46,840 nucleotides of DNA, taken from Slackia sp. (GTDB lineage: Bacteria; Actinomycetota; Coriobacteriia; Coriobacteriales; Eggerthellaceae). Numbering within the stretch: the stretch's first letter is position 1; each line of letters starts with the position of its first letter. Shown here piece by piece: positions 37,635 to 46,700 of the stretch. The stretch is from NCBI GenBank assembly GCA_030532315.1, contig JAUNLI010000002.1, positions 1-46,840 on the forward strand, read 5' to 3'. The notes beneath the pieces are model-generated. The model ran no database searches and was not told the origin of the DNA. It saw nothing but the letters and a program-made list of their open reading frames with translations. A program made the position numbers and the translations under genes.

Positions 37635-37721
37635 TCATTCCTTCCTCACCAGCAAGAGGCCGATGATTCCGATCATCACAAGAAGCACGTTGCATATCGC
37701 ATTAACGGTTTCTGCATCCAT
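37635..37721 (-). CDS. Small 28-aa single-TM peptide, candidate type I toxin (MDAETVNAICNVLLVMIGIIGLLLVRKE)
   Basis: RBS AGGAGGTG paired in hairpin GGGTAGCACC/GGTGCTCCCC; minus-strand -10 TACAAT at 37778-37783. Confidence 0.75.
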   Translation of the reverse strand: MDAETVNAICNVLLVMIGIIGLLLVRKE

Positions 37722-37812
37722 GGGGAGCACCTCCTGAAAGTCGGTGCTACCCAGGCGGCGAAGCGTCCCCGTCCGCGATTGTACCCCATCGCGCTATTTC
37801 ATCGGGCTCCGT

Positions 37813-37872
37813 CCCCTCGTCATGTACGTCTTCCGCACCCACAAAAAAACGCCCCGCTTCAAAGCGGGGCGC
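37813..37872. repeat. Direct repeat copy C (~60 bp); includes the terminator of the ATP-grasp ligase gene
   Basis: CCCCTCGTCATGTACGTCTTCCGCACCCACAAAAAAACGCCCCGCTTCAAAGCGGGGCGC. Confidence 0.9.
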
Positions 37873-37911
37873 ATGTGTTTAGGAAGCGGCAACGCACAGC
37901 TCGCGCGACGC

Positions 37912-39162
37912 TTATTTGTAGTTGTCAGGGTTGGCGAACTTGTCGATGTAGCGATGCACGTGAATCTTCATCCAGGCCCAGCGCATCGGGTTCATGAACA
38001 AGTCAGGGCCGTAATCGAAACTCATAGACTCCTTGCCCTGCGCGACAAGCTGCTTGGCGCGCTGTACGAACTCGGGGTCTTTCACGTATTCGTACACCAC
38101 CTTGCGCGGCACGGAGTGCCAGAACACCTCGTTGGTGTTCTGCACGCATTCGCCCAGGTCGCGCTTGAACACGCGATCTTCCACCACATAGCGGGCAAGG
38201 TTGTGCCCCGCCGCGGTGACGTGATAATTGGTGCGGCCCTGGCGCAGGTTCACCTCGAACACCTTGTAGGAGCCGTCGCGATCGTCGCGCTTGATGTCGA
38301 AGTTCGCAAAGCCCGTGAACCCGATGTTCTCGAGGAAGTTCTTGATGAGCTCCTGCAGCTCGGGGTTGGGCTGCGTGATGATGGCGCAGGGGTTGCCGAG
38401 CGCCGTGGGCGTGTGCTCTTCAAGGCCCTCGCGGCCGAAGCAGATCAGCTTCACCTTGCAGTTGCGGTCGCAGTAAGCGGTCAGGACGTTCATGTTGCAG
38501 TCTTCGCCGACCACCATGTCCTGCAGCAGCACCTCGTCGGGATACCCCGCGCCGAAGACCAGGCCCAGGATGCGCAGCGCGTCAGCCGGGTTTTCGGCGG
38601 TGTACACCTTCTTCATGCCGTCGAAGGGATGTTCCCAATACGTCACGCTCATGGCGGGTTTCACGATGATCGGGTACACGAACCCGACGGCCTCCTCAGA
38701 CAGGTCGGCCTCGGTAAGGCCCTGCTCGAAGCGCTCGGGCGTCACGGCGAAGGTTTTCGGATAGGGGATGCCGTGCTCTTCGCACATGCGATAGAAGCTC
38801 GACTTCGACTCCAAGCGGTCGCGCAGCTCGGCGTTGATGTAGAGCGTCACGCAGTTGTCGGGCAAGTCGTCCTGGATTTCGGACAGCAAAGCCGCGTACA
38901 CGTCGGCACAGCCCCATACCAGATGCATGGTGTCGGGGTGCTTGGCCGCGAATTCCTTGATGGTGGCAAGAAGCACCTCGGGCTTATCGAGGTCTTCGTT
39001 GTAGCTGCATTCCACGATGCGGCTATGCATGGTGTCGCCCGCGGCGAAGCGGCCGAAGGCGTAGCTTTTCTTGCCATACTGCTCATGGATGGCGCGCGCC
39101 ACCGAATAGCAGTTCATATCCCCGCCGATCAAAACGGGAATGAAATCGATTTCCTCAGACAA
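37912..39162 (-). CDS. ATP-grasp carboxylate-amine ligase, D-aspartate ligase-like
   Basis: PVLIGGDMNCYSVARA, YPKT, YPIIVKP, GREGLEEHTP, GFANFDIKRD, FEVNLRQGR. Confidence 0.85.
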   Translation of the reverse strand: MSEEIDFIPVLIGGDMNCYSVARAIHEQYGKKSYAFGRFAAGDTMHSRIVECSYNEDLDKPEVLLATIKEFAAKHPDTMHLVWGCADVYAALLSEIQDDLPDNCVTLYINAELRDRLESKSSFYRMCEEHGIPYPKTFAVTPERFEQGLTEADLSEEAVGFVYPIIVKPAMSVTYWEHPFDGMKKVYTAENPADALRILGLVFGAGYPDEVLLQDMVVGEDCNMNVLTAYCDRNCKVKLICFGREGLEEHTPTALGNPCAIITQPNPELQELIKNFLENIGFTGFANFDIKRDDRDGSYKVFEVNLRQGRTNYHVTAAGHNLARYVVEDRVFKRDLGECVQNTNEVFWHSVPRKVVYEYVKDPEFVQRAKQLVAQGKESMSFDYGPDLFMNPMRWAWMKIHVHRYIDKFANPDNYK

Positions 39163-39280
39163 GGTTTCTCCTCGTTCAATGTCGAAGACGAAGGCGGATT
39201 CGCCCCTTCGCCGTTAGCGCCTGCGATTATAGGCGAGATGAGCCTCCCATGCACAAAGGCTGGGCGACAGGACGCAGCCG

Positions 39281-39724
39281 TTATGCCAGACGCGACCCAA
39301 CTTCTTTCGCCGCAGCGGCCTTGTCGAAGTTGCCGCCCGTCGCGGCATTGAGCGCACCCATGACCTTGCCCATGTCGCGCTTGGTCTGAGCGCCCACTTC
39401 GACGATGGTCTTTTCGATCAGCGCAACCAGCTCTGCGCCTTCAACCTGCTTGGGCAGATAGCCCTCGAGAATTTCCACCTGCTCTTTGAGCATGGCCGTG
39501 CGCTCTTCGTTAGTGCCCGCCTTGATCGAGCCTTCCAGAGTTTCGTTCGTCTGCTTGACCAGACGCTTAAGCATGGCATCGACGTCGGCTTCGACGATTT
39601 CGCGACGCTCGTTGACCTCGATGTTCTTCACTTCGCCAAGCACCTGACGAAGAATGGACAGGCGGTTTTTGTCATGGGCGCGCATGGCGTTTTTGATTTC
39701 TTCCTGCAGTTCGGCGTATTGCAT
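39281..39724 (-). CDS. GatB/YqeY domain protein
   Basis: IKNAMRAHDK.RLS.LR, ILEGYLPKQ, KRDMGKVMG; start MQYAEL after AGGAGG. Confidence 0.92.
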   Translation of the reverse strand: MQYAELQEEIKNAMRAHDKNRLSILRQVLGEVKNIEVNERREIVEADVDAMLKRLVKQTNETLEGSIKAGTNEERTAMLKEQVEILEGYLPKQVEGAELVALIEKTIVEVGAQTKRDMGKVMGALNAATGGNFDKAAAAKEVGSRLA

Positions 39725-39936
39725 GATGCCTCCTATATTCGTATTGCACGCCGTATGGCGCGCGGGTTTTCGTCGCGCCCGCGAACGGACGCATCTTTTC
39801 GCGGGACGCCCCTCCGTGGGGTGACTCATACGCCCCTCTTTCGACGCGCCCCTTTGCGGCACGCTTTCAGTATAGCGCCCGCAAAACCCCTCCCGGAAAA
39901 CCGCGAAGAAACGGCACGGAGATGCGCGCATAAGAA

Positions 39937-39967
39937 AAGCCGGGCCCGATTGAACCGGGCCCGGCTT
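39937..39967 (-). terminator. Terminator of cydAB
   Basis: AAGCCGGGCCCG...CGGGCCCGGCTT with minus-strand T-run. Confidence 0.75.
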
Positions 39968-40033
39968 CAAGCCGTGTGCTAGGACGCTTGTTTCAGACGC
40001 TGTTGCACGCTTGGGAAACGGCGTCCGAACGGC

Positions 40034-41089
40034 TTAGTAGTGCAGGTCTTTCGTGTCGATGCGACCACGGAAGGTGCGATAGATCATGAAGTGGTACGCA
40101 AGCACCAGCGGCAGACCCACGCAGGTGATGCCGAGCATCCAACCCAAAGCAAGGTCGGTCGACGCGGCGTTGGCGATAGTGATGTTCTCGCCCGATGCAG
40201 CGGTGCCGAACAGCGTCAACGGATCGCCCGCGCCCGCAACCACCAGGTTGGGGAACATCAGCGACGCCCACAGGGCAACCAGCATGGCGCAGGCAGCCGA
40301 AGAGGCGATGAAGGTGACCAGATCGGCGGAGTCATCCCTACTCTTCATGATGGCAACCACCAGGGCGATGACCACCAGCGCGAAGAAGAGCATGCGCAGG
40401 ATCGAAGTCTCGGGAGCCATTTCGGGCTTGAGGATGAACAGCGCATAAGCGGCGGTCACCAGGAACAAGACGCCCGCAACCGTCAAAGCGGTGCTGCGAA
40501 TCTTCTTGGCGCGAGCACGCACGTCGGAAGCCAGCGGAGCCTTGAGCGAAAGCCAGCTTACACCCTGGCAGATGAACAGGCTCAGACCCAAAAGACCGGT
40601 AAGCAGCGTGAACGGGGTGACCAAACCAAGCAGCGGCACACCCACGTAGTCGCCGTTGGCGTTCATCGGAATGCCGGCGAACACATTACCCGCCGCGACG
40701 CCCAGAAGCAGGGCGGGCAGAAGCGATCCCACAAAGAACAGCGCGTTCCAGATCTTGGACCATTCCTTGTCATGGCCGGCGAACTCGACAGACACCGCAC
40801 GCACAATCAAGCCCATGAGAACCAAGATGATCGCCAGATAGAAGCCGGAGAACGTGGTGGCATACGCCGGAGCGAACGCGGCGAACAGCGCGCCGCCTGC
40901 AGTAAGCAGCCACACCTCGTTGCCGTCCCACACGGGGCCGATGCTCTGGCGGACAAGAGCCTTCTCTTCGTCATTCTTCGCAACGAAGGGGCTCAAAACG
41001 CCTGCGCCCAGATCGAAACCGTCGAGGATGAAGTATCCCGCAATCAGCACGAAGATGAGGCAGAACCAGATAATTCCCAAGATGGTCAT
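40034..41089 (-). CDS. cydB: Cytochrome bd ubiquinol oxidase subunit II
   Basis: YFILDGFDLG, IGPVWDGNEVWL, GALFAAF, FSGFY. Confidence 0.96.
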   Translation of the reverse strand: MTILGIIWFCLIFVLIAGYFILDGFDLGAGVLSPFVAKNDEEKALVRQSIGPVWDGNEVWLLTAGGALFAAFAPAYATTFSGFYLAIILVLMGLIVRAVSVEFAGHDKEWSKIWNALFFVGSLLPALLLGVAAGNVFAGIPMNANGDYVGVPLLGLVTPFTLLTGLLGLSLFICQGVSWLSLKAPLASDVRARAKKIRSTALTVAGVLFLVTAAYALFILKPEMAPETSILRMLFFALVVIALVVAIMKSRDDSADLVTFIASSAACAMLVALWASLMFPNLVVAGAGDPLTLFGTAASGENITIANAASTDLALGWMLGITCVGLPLVLAYHFMIYRTFRGRIDTKDLHY

Positions 41090-41092
41090 GGC

Positions 41093-42583
41093 TTATGCCT
41101 CCTTCTTCTCGTCGGCAGCCTGAACGGCAGCGCCTGCGGCGGCCTCGTCGGCGGCGTCGGCAGAAGCGGCCCTGGCAGCAGCCTTTTCGGCCTTCTTCGC
41201 GGCATGGGCCTCGGCGAGCACCGGGCCTTCCTTGATGAAGCGGCCGATCAGACGCACCCATGCGACGGCCAGGAACAGATAGACCACCAAGAACAGCAGG
41301 ATGGTGACGATCAACTCGGGAGCCGAAACGGACTGGGAAATAGCGTCGTTGGTCAGAAGCGACACGCCTTCGGGGCCGCTCACGGACGGGTAAACAACAT
41401 AGGGCTGACGGCCCGCTTCAGCGGTCATCCAGCCGGACTGAATGGCGATGAACGGGAACAGCGGGGACAGGATCAAAATCCACTGCACCCATTTCTTGGA
41501 ACCGAGCTTGCCGTTTTTCTTGAAGGCGACAAGCGCGGCCAAAAGGATGGCGACCACGATCAAACCGAACAGGGCAACCATGAGGTGATAGCTCTGGAAC
41601 ACCAGGTTCACAGGCAGCTCTTCAAGATTGATGTCGGGGTTTTCCTCGGCGAGCTGATTGAGGCCGGGGTATTCCTTGTCGAAATCGCCGGAAGCAAGCC
41701 AGCTGGTGAAGCCGGGAAGCGCGAAGGGCGCGAGGGTTTCCTGATTTTCCTCGTCCACGATGCCGACCGCATACAAGGGCAGCGTGCCGGTTTCGTAATG
41801 GCCTTCCATCATGGCGATCTTGGTGGGCTGCTCTTCAGCGACGACGACGGCCGAAGAGTGCGCGGAAACGAACAGGCAGCCGGTGGCCACGATGGCAACC
41901 ACGACGCCGGTCTTCATGGTTTTCTCGGCGAAGTGCTGATGCTTGTTCTTATGCATATACCACGCGGAAAGCGCGATGGCGACGAATGCGCCCAGAACCA
42001 GCAGTGCGAGCACGGTGTGGCTGTAACGCGGAAGCGTGGTGGGATTGAACGCCGCGGCGAAGAAGTCCGTGATCACGGCCTTGCTGCCGTCTGCGGCAAG
42101 CTCGGCACCTGCGGGCGTCTGCATCCAGGAGTTAGCGATCAAGATCCACAGCGCGGAAAGGCAGCTGCCGAACCAGACCAGCCAGGAAGAAATCATATAG
42201 AACTTCGGGCTGACCTTGGCACGACCGAACAGCACGATGCCCAAGAACACCGACTCCAGGAAGAACGCAAGCAGCGCTTCGGCGGCCAAAGGAGCGCCGA
42301 AAATATCGCCCACGAAGCGGCTGTAGTCAGCCCAGTTGGTGCCGAACGAGAATTCCATCGTGATGCCCGTGGCAACGCCGACGGCGAACGTGGTGGTGAA
42401 GATCTTCACCCAGAAGCGGGTTGCCGCCTCATCCTTCGGATCGCGGGTTTTGTAATACCGCGTTTCGTTGATGGCCATGATCAAGCCCAGACCGATGGAC
42501 AGCGGAACGAAGCAGAAGTGGAAGATGACCACCAAAGCGAACTGAATGCGCGAAAGCAGCGCGACATCGGCGAAAAGCTCCAT
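41093..42583 (-). CDS. cydA: Cytochrome bd ubiquinol oxidase subunit I
   Basis: SRIQFA..FH, FAVGVATG, FGTNW, ANSWMQTP, QPTKIAMMEG, GWMTAEAGRQPY. Confidence 0.96.
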   Translation of the reverse strand: MELFADVALLSRIQFALVVIFHFCFVPLSIGLGLIMAINETRYYKTRDPKDEAATRFWVKIFTTTFAVGVATGITMEFSFGTNWADYSRFVGDIFGAPLAAEALLAFFLESVFLGIVLFGRAKVSPKFYMISSWLVWFGSCLSALWILIANSWMQTPAGAELAADGSKAVITDFFAAAFNPTTLPRYSHTVLALLVLGAFVAIALSAWYMHKNKHQHFAEKTMKTGVVVAIVATGCLFVSAHSSAVVVAEEQPTKIAMMEGHYETGTLPLYAVGIVDEENQETLAPFALPGFTSWLASGDFDKEYPGLNQLAEENPDINLEELPVNLVFQSYHLMVALFGLIVVAILLAALVAFKKNGKLGSKKWVQWILILSPLFPFIAIQSGWMTAEAGRQPYVVYPSVSGPEGVSLLTNDAISQSVSAPELIVTILLFLVVYLFLAVAWVRLIGRFIKEGPVLAEAHAAKKAEKAAARAASADAADEAAAGAAVQAADEKKEA

Positions 42584-43111
42584 AGCACACCCCCTTTTCT
42601 TTTTTCTTGCGCTCGCAAGCGCTTCCCCTTTTTTCGCTTTCGGCCCATCTGCGGCTTTATGCCGCCCCGAAAGCCCTTCGTGGTGCTTTCCTTGACCTAC
42701 GCCGTGAACCGCGATTCGGATTTTCACGGCCATAAAACACCGTTGACCCAGAAAAACACCATGCCATCATACCACGTTCTTGTTTTTATATGTTATTATT
42801 TTGATATCAATTTAGACTTTTTTACGGAAACATGTCAGGCACCTGCTTGCATACGGGCGCCCGAGCGTTTTTCACGCAATTGCACCTGCAGGGCTTTCGG
42901 GGGAGGACGAAAAGCACCGCATCAGGATGCCGCACTTCGCCTGCCGCATCATGCGGCCCCATTCATGCCAAAATCAGCCCCATCCAAGCGGCAGCACTTC
43001 CCGAACACGCATGAAAAAAATGGCACGGAACCGAAGTTCCGCGCCACGAACAACGCTGTCTATACAAGTTGCCGCAAAACAATTCGAACGTTTGCAAGCC
43101 ATTCCAAGCCG

Positions 43112-43594
43112 TTATGCGCGCTTGACGGTTCCACGACGACGCAGCAGAAAGAACGCGAAAATGCCAACGATAATCGAGGCGGTGCCCACGGCGCACACGG
43201 TCTGCAGGTGAATCATAGGAATGCCCACCAGCATGCCAATGATGTAGGGAACCAACCAGAGCAGCCACACGAACGTGCTGAACTTGTGGAAGGTTTTCTC
43301 GGCACGCACGTTGCGACGTGCATAGGTGGCCGTGGCCCAAACCGCATGCACAAGCATGAGAATGATGGCCAAAAGACCGGAAACCGCATGGATGCCGAAG
43401 CCTGTCGCACCGGAGGTCTGCGCGATGTTGGTCATGATCGTGGTTCCCGTGGTGTCGAACACCAAACCGCACCAGAACAAAACAACGTGACTCAGTTTCA
43501 GCGAACCGGCATGACGTTCGGAAAACACGCCCACGGTGTAGAAGACGAGCGCCAGGGTAATGGCGGCAGAAGCGGCGATCAGTTCAAAGCTCAT
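43112..43594 (-). CDS. HsmA-like (TIGR03987-type) membrane protein
   Basis: LALVFYTVGV..E, LFWCGLVFDTTGT, HAVSG.LAI.LM..HA.WA, FHKFS.FVWLLWLVPY. Confidence 0.75.
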   Translation of the reverse strand: MSFELIAASAAITLALVFYTVGVFSERHAGSLKLSHVVLFWCGLVFDTTGTTIMTNIAQTSGATGFGIHAVSGLLAIILMLVHAVWATATYARRNVRAEKTFHKFSTFVWLLWLVPYIIGMLVGIPMIHLQTVCAVGTASIIVGIFAFFLLRRRGTVKRA

Positions 43595-43697
43595 AACAAT
43601 TCCTTCCCTTCCTCCGAAGCTTTGCCCTCGGAGCCTTTTCGATACCAAAACCCTCGATGGCGAAGTCTCTTGCTTTTCTCATCGGCGGTTTTATTTC

Positions 43698-43727
43698 TGA
43701 ACCATGTTCATAAATGAACGTTGTTCA
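43698..43727. promoter_or_regulatory. Tandem palindromic operators, probably for the adjacent TetR
   Basis: TGAAC-cat-GTTCA (43698) and TGAAC-gtt-GTTCA (43715) between divergent genes. Confidence 0.7.
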
Positions 43728-43816
43728 GAATAAGAGAATGCGAATCGGATTGCAACGAGGCAAATCTTGCTTCATCATTTCATCAAGATTTTTAGGAAAC
43801 GTGGAGGCGAACCATC

Positions 43817-44383
43817 ATGGGCAACAAGGCCGTCATCTCGAGGCAGCATATATTGGAAACAGCATATGACCTGTTCAGGTCTGAAGAAGCATCCACGCTC
43901 AGCATTCGAGGGGTTGCCGCTGCATGCGGCGTGAGCGTGGGGTCCATCTATAACTATTTCCCCACGAAATCGGCCCTTGTAGCAGAAATCGTCGAAATGT
44001 TCTGGAGAGAATCGCTTCACAAAGAAATGTTCATTGCCGCATCGGACGAGAATTTCGTCGCGTTCTGCGAACGTCTTCTGGAAGATTTACGCGCCACGCT
44101 CGAAGTGTTTCGCCGGGAATGGCTGACGAAGCTGATGTCCCTCGACAGCGAAAGCGTAGGAGAAATTCGTCGCCGCGAGGAAGCCGCGTTCGTCCACATT
44201 CGCAAAGGCCTCGCCGTCGTTATACGCAACGATAAAGACATCAAGCTCGACGTGCTTGGAGACGAAGCCGGCGTCGACGAGCTGGCAACCCTTGTCTGGG
44301 GGTCGATCGTTTCCTCGCTCGAACACGGCGATGAATCGTGCAAGGCTTTGTTCGCCCTTATTCACAAGGCTCTTTACGATTAG
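43817..44383 (+). CDS. TetR/AcrR family regulator
   Basis: ILETA..LSIRGVAAACGVSVGSIYNYFPTKSAL. Confidence 0.93.
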   Translation: MGNKAVISRQHILETAYDLFRSEEASTLSIRGVAAACGVSVGSIYNYFPTKSALVAEIVEMFWRESLHKEMFIAASDENFVAFCERLLEDLRATLEVFRREWLTKLMSLDSESVGEIRRREEAAFVHIRKGLAVVIRNDKDIKLDVLGDEAGVDELATLVWGSIVSSLEHGDESCKALFALIHKALYD

Positions 44384-44523
44384 CAATCAGCCGTCCAGGA
44401 CAAACCGCAGCCGAAAGGTTCGGTTCAAAATCCCATCCGTATCGACTTTTGAGCCTGGGCATCGAACGCAACGGTGTCGAGCGTTTGCGCGATACGGCGC
44501 AAGGAAATCAACCTGAACGCAAA

Positions 44524-44551
44524 CGAACCGCGGCATTTCTGCCGCGGTTCG
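44524..44551. terminator. Hairpin between convergent tetR and nagA
   Basis: CGAACCGCGGCA-tttc-TGCCGCGGTTCG. Confidence 0.65.
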
Positions 44552-44616
44552 CGCTTGAACAGGTGCAATAAAGCATGCCTTCGGGCAAAAACCCGAACGC
44601 CGCAGCACAATACGCC

Positions 44617-45741
44617 TTAAAGAATCCTTCCCCTCAAGACCACCTTCTGCAGCTCAAGACTCTCGTCAAGCAGCACGATATCGGCAACCGCGCCGGAAGC
44701 AAGCGTGCCGCGCTCGCCTGCAAGGCCTATTGCTCGAGCAGGGTTGGTCGAGGCCGCCTTCACCGCCGAAACGAGCGGAATATCCATGTCACGTACCGCA
44801 ACCTGGAAGCAACCCAAAAGATCGGTGGCACTGCCCGCAAGCGTGCCGTCATGCAATGTGGCGCGATTGCCGCGCACAGTGACAGCTTGACCGCCCAGGC
44901 TGTATTCGCCATCTTCAAGACCGGTGGCCATCATGGAGTCGCTCACAAGAATCATGCTGCCGTCGCCGAACAGCCTGAACGCAGCACGTACGGCGGATGG
45001 ATGAATGTGCACACCGTCCGTAATGATTTCAGGAGTAGCGCCCGCATCGGCAGCGGCACCAATAACGCCCGGTTCGCGGTGCGCCAGCGGAGGCATGGCG
45101 TTGAACAGGTGCGTCACATGTTTCGCACCTGCTTCGAATGCCGCATGGGCCTGGTCGTAGGTCGCGCAGGTGTGTGCGATCGAAATACGCACCTTGTCGC
45201 CCTCGGCCTCGATAAACTCGATCGCTCCCGGCTCTTCGGGAGCAAGGTCGACGATTTTGAACAAGCCGCCCGCAGCCTCCTGCAAACGCTCGAACATATC
45301 GATATCAGGGGCCTGCACGTAAGCGGGGTTTTGGGCGCCCACCTTGTTCGGACTGATGTAGGGGCCTTCCATATTGATGCCGACAAGCGCCGCAGCATCG
45401 GGCGCATCCTCATGCTCGGCAGCGCAGCGGGCGATGCCTGCAAGCTTTTCTTCAGGGTAGGTCATCGTGGCGGGGCAATACGCCGTTACACCACGCGATG
45501 CCTGGTAGCGACAAATGGCATCGATGGCCTCATGAGTGCCATCGCAGAAATCGAAGCCCACGGCACCATGGGAATGCACGTCCACCAAACCGGGGATGGC
45601 GAAACAACCCGCCGCATCAATGACCTCGCACGAACCTTCGATAGGACCCTCAACGATTCGGCCATCCTGCACAAACAGGCTCTTCTCTTCGAAGGCGTCT
45701 CCGGCAAACACCTTCGCGCCTTTGATTTCAAGGGCGCCCAT
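44617..45741 (-). CDS. nagA: N-acetylglucosamine-6-phosphate deacetylase
   Basis: PGLVDVHSHG, MEGPY, APE, THLFNAM, DGVH, LVSD, TLAGS. Confidence 0.95.
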   Translation of the reverse strand: MGALEIKGAKVFAGDAFEEKSLFVQDGRIVEGPIEGSCEVIDAAGCFAIPGLVDVHSHGAVGFDFCDGTHEAIDAICRYQASRGVTAYCPATMTYPEEKLAGIARCAAEHEDAPDAAALVGINMEGPYISPNKVGAQNPAYVQAPDIDMFERLQEAAGGLFKIVDLAPEEPGAIEFIEAEGDKVRISIAHTCATYDQAHAAFEAGAKHVTHLFNAMPPLAHREPGVIGAAADAGATPEIITDGVHIHPSAVRAAFRLFGDGSMILVSDSMMATGLEDGEYSLGGQAVTVRGNRATLHDGTLAGSATDLLGCFQVAVRDMDIPLVSAVKAASTNPARAIGLAGERGTLASGAVADIVLLDESLELQKVVLRGRIL

Positions 45742-45902
45742 AACCCTTCCTTTCTTTGCGAAAACGGCCCGTCGCAAACGCGGCGAGCCGTTTCAACCCT
45801 TTATTTCGTCTGCCAGGCAAACGCCCTGCCGTCTTATTGCCGAACAAAGCGGCGCTTACGCCTTACGCGCAATAACGGCGAACGGTCGGCAGCTGAGGCG
45901 GC

Positions 45903-46700
45903 TTAATGGCAGCCGCAGCCTTCTTCGTCATGATCGTGGTCGCAACCGCAGCCGCACACGCCTTCGGCGATGTCTTCACATGCAGAAAACGCCGCTTCGT
46001 CCACCACGGCAATGGCGTTGGGATGGAACTGCAGAATGGAAGCGGGAACCTGCGGGGTGACAGGGCCGAAGAACACGTCGCGCACAATCTGCGCCTTGTC
46101 TTCGCCGCTCACCACGAGCAGGATCTGCTTGGCAGCCATAATGGTGCCAATGCCCATGGTGTAAGCCTGACGCGGCACTTCGTCGGCGGAATTGAACAGG
46201 CGGCTATTCGCGTTGATGGTGCTTTCGGTCAGATCGACGCAGTTGGTTTCCTTGGTGAACTCGTCAGCAGGCTCGTTGAAGCCGATGTGGCCGTTGTGAC
46301 CCAGGCCCAGAAGCTGCAGATCGACGCCGCCCGCAAGCGCGATGGACGCCTCGTAGGCCTCGCACGCCGCATCGGCATCGGGATTGGCGCCGTTGGGCAC
46401 ATGCGTGTTCTCGGGACGCACGTTCACATGGCTGAACAGGTGCTTCTGCATGAAGTAGTGATAGCTCTGCTCGTGCTCGGCGGGCAGACCGCGATATTCG
46501 TCAAGGTTGAACGTAGCCACGCGCGAGAAGTCGAGACCTTCTTCCTCGTAGCGCTTCACCAGTTCGGCATACAAGCCCTCGGGCGTAGAGCCCGTAGCCA
46601 GGCCCAAAACGCATCCGGGCTTTTCCGCAACGAGTTCGGCGATGATGTCGGCCGCCGCTTCGCTCATATCTTGATAATCTTTGGCTACGATGATTTCCAT
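45903..46700 (-). CDS. nagB: Glucosamine-6-phosphate deaminase with a Cys/His-rich C-terminal tail
   Basis: LGLATGSTP, TFNLDEY, LGLGHNGHIGFNEP, TMGIGTI, VPASILQ.HP. Confidence 0.96.
   Translation of the reverse strand: MEIIVAKDYQDMSEAAADIIAELVAEKPGCVLGLATGSTPEGLYAELVKRYEEEGLDFSRVATFNLDEYRGLPAEHEQSYHYFMQKHLFSHVNVRPENTHVPNGANPDADAACEAYEASIALAGGVDLQLLGLGHNGHIGFNEPADEFTKETNCVDLTESTINANSRLFNSADEVPRQAYTMGIGTIMAAKQILLVVSGEDKAQIVRDVFFGPVTPQVPASILQFHPNAIAVVDEAAFSACEDIAEGVCGCGCDHDHDEEGCGCH

Noticed and set aside
30305-37872. Prophage or IS element
   Set aside because: No integrase, transposase, structural genes or terminal inverted repeats.
42790-42815. FNR or Rex box upstream of cydA
   Set aside because: TTGATATCAA lacks the 4-bp FNR spacer and the match to Rex is weak; at most a generic palindrome.
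40040-43717. 1225-aa plus-strand ORF
   Set aside because: Antisense shadow of cydB, cydA and the hsmA-like gene in GC-rich DNA; no motifs. The same applies to 933..2441, 2805..4547, 11506..13074, 27971..29869 and 37744..39351.
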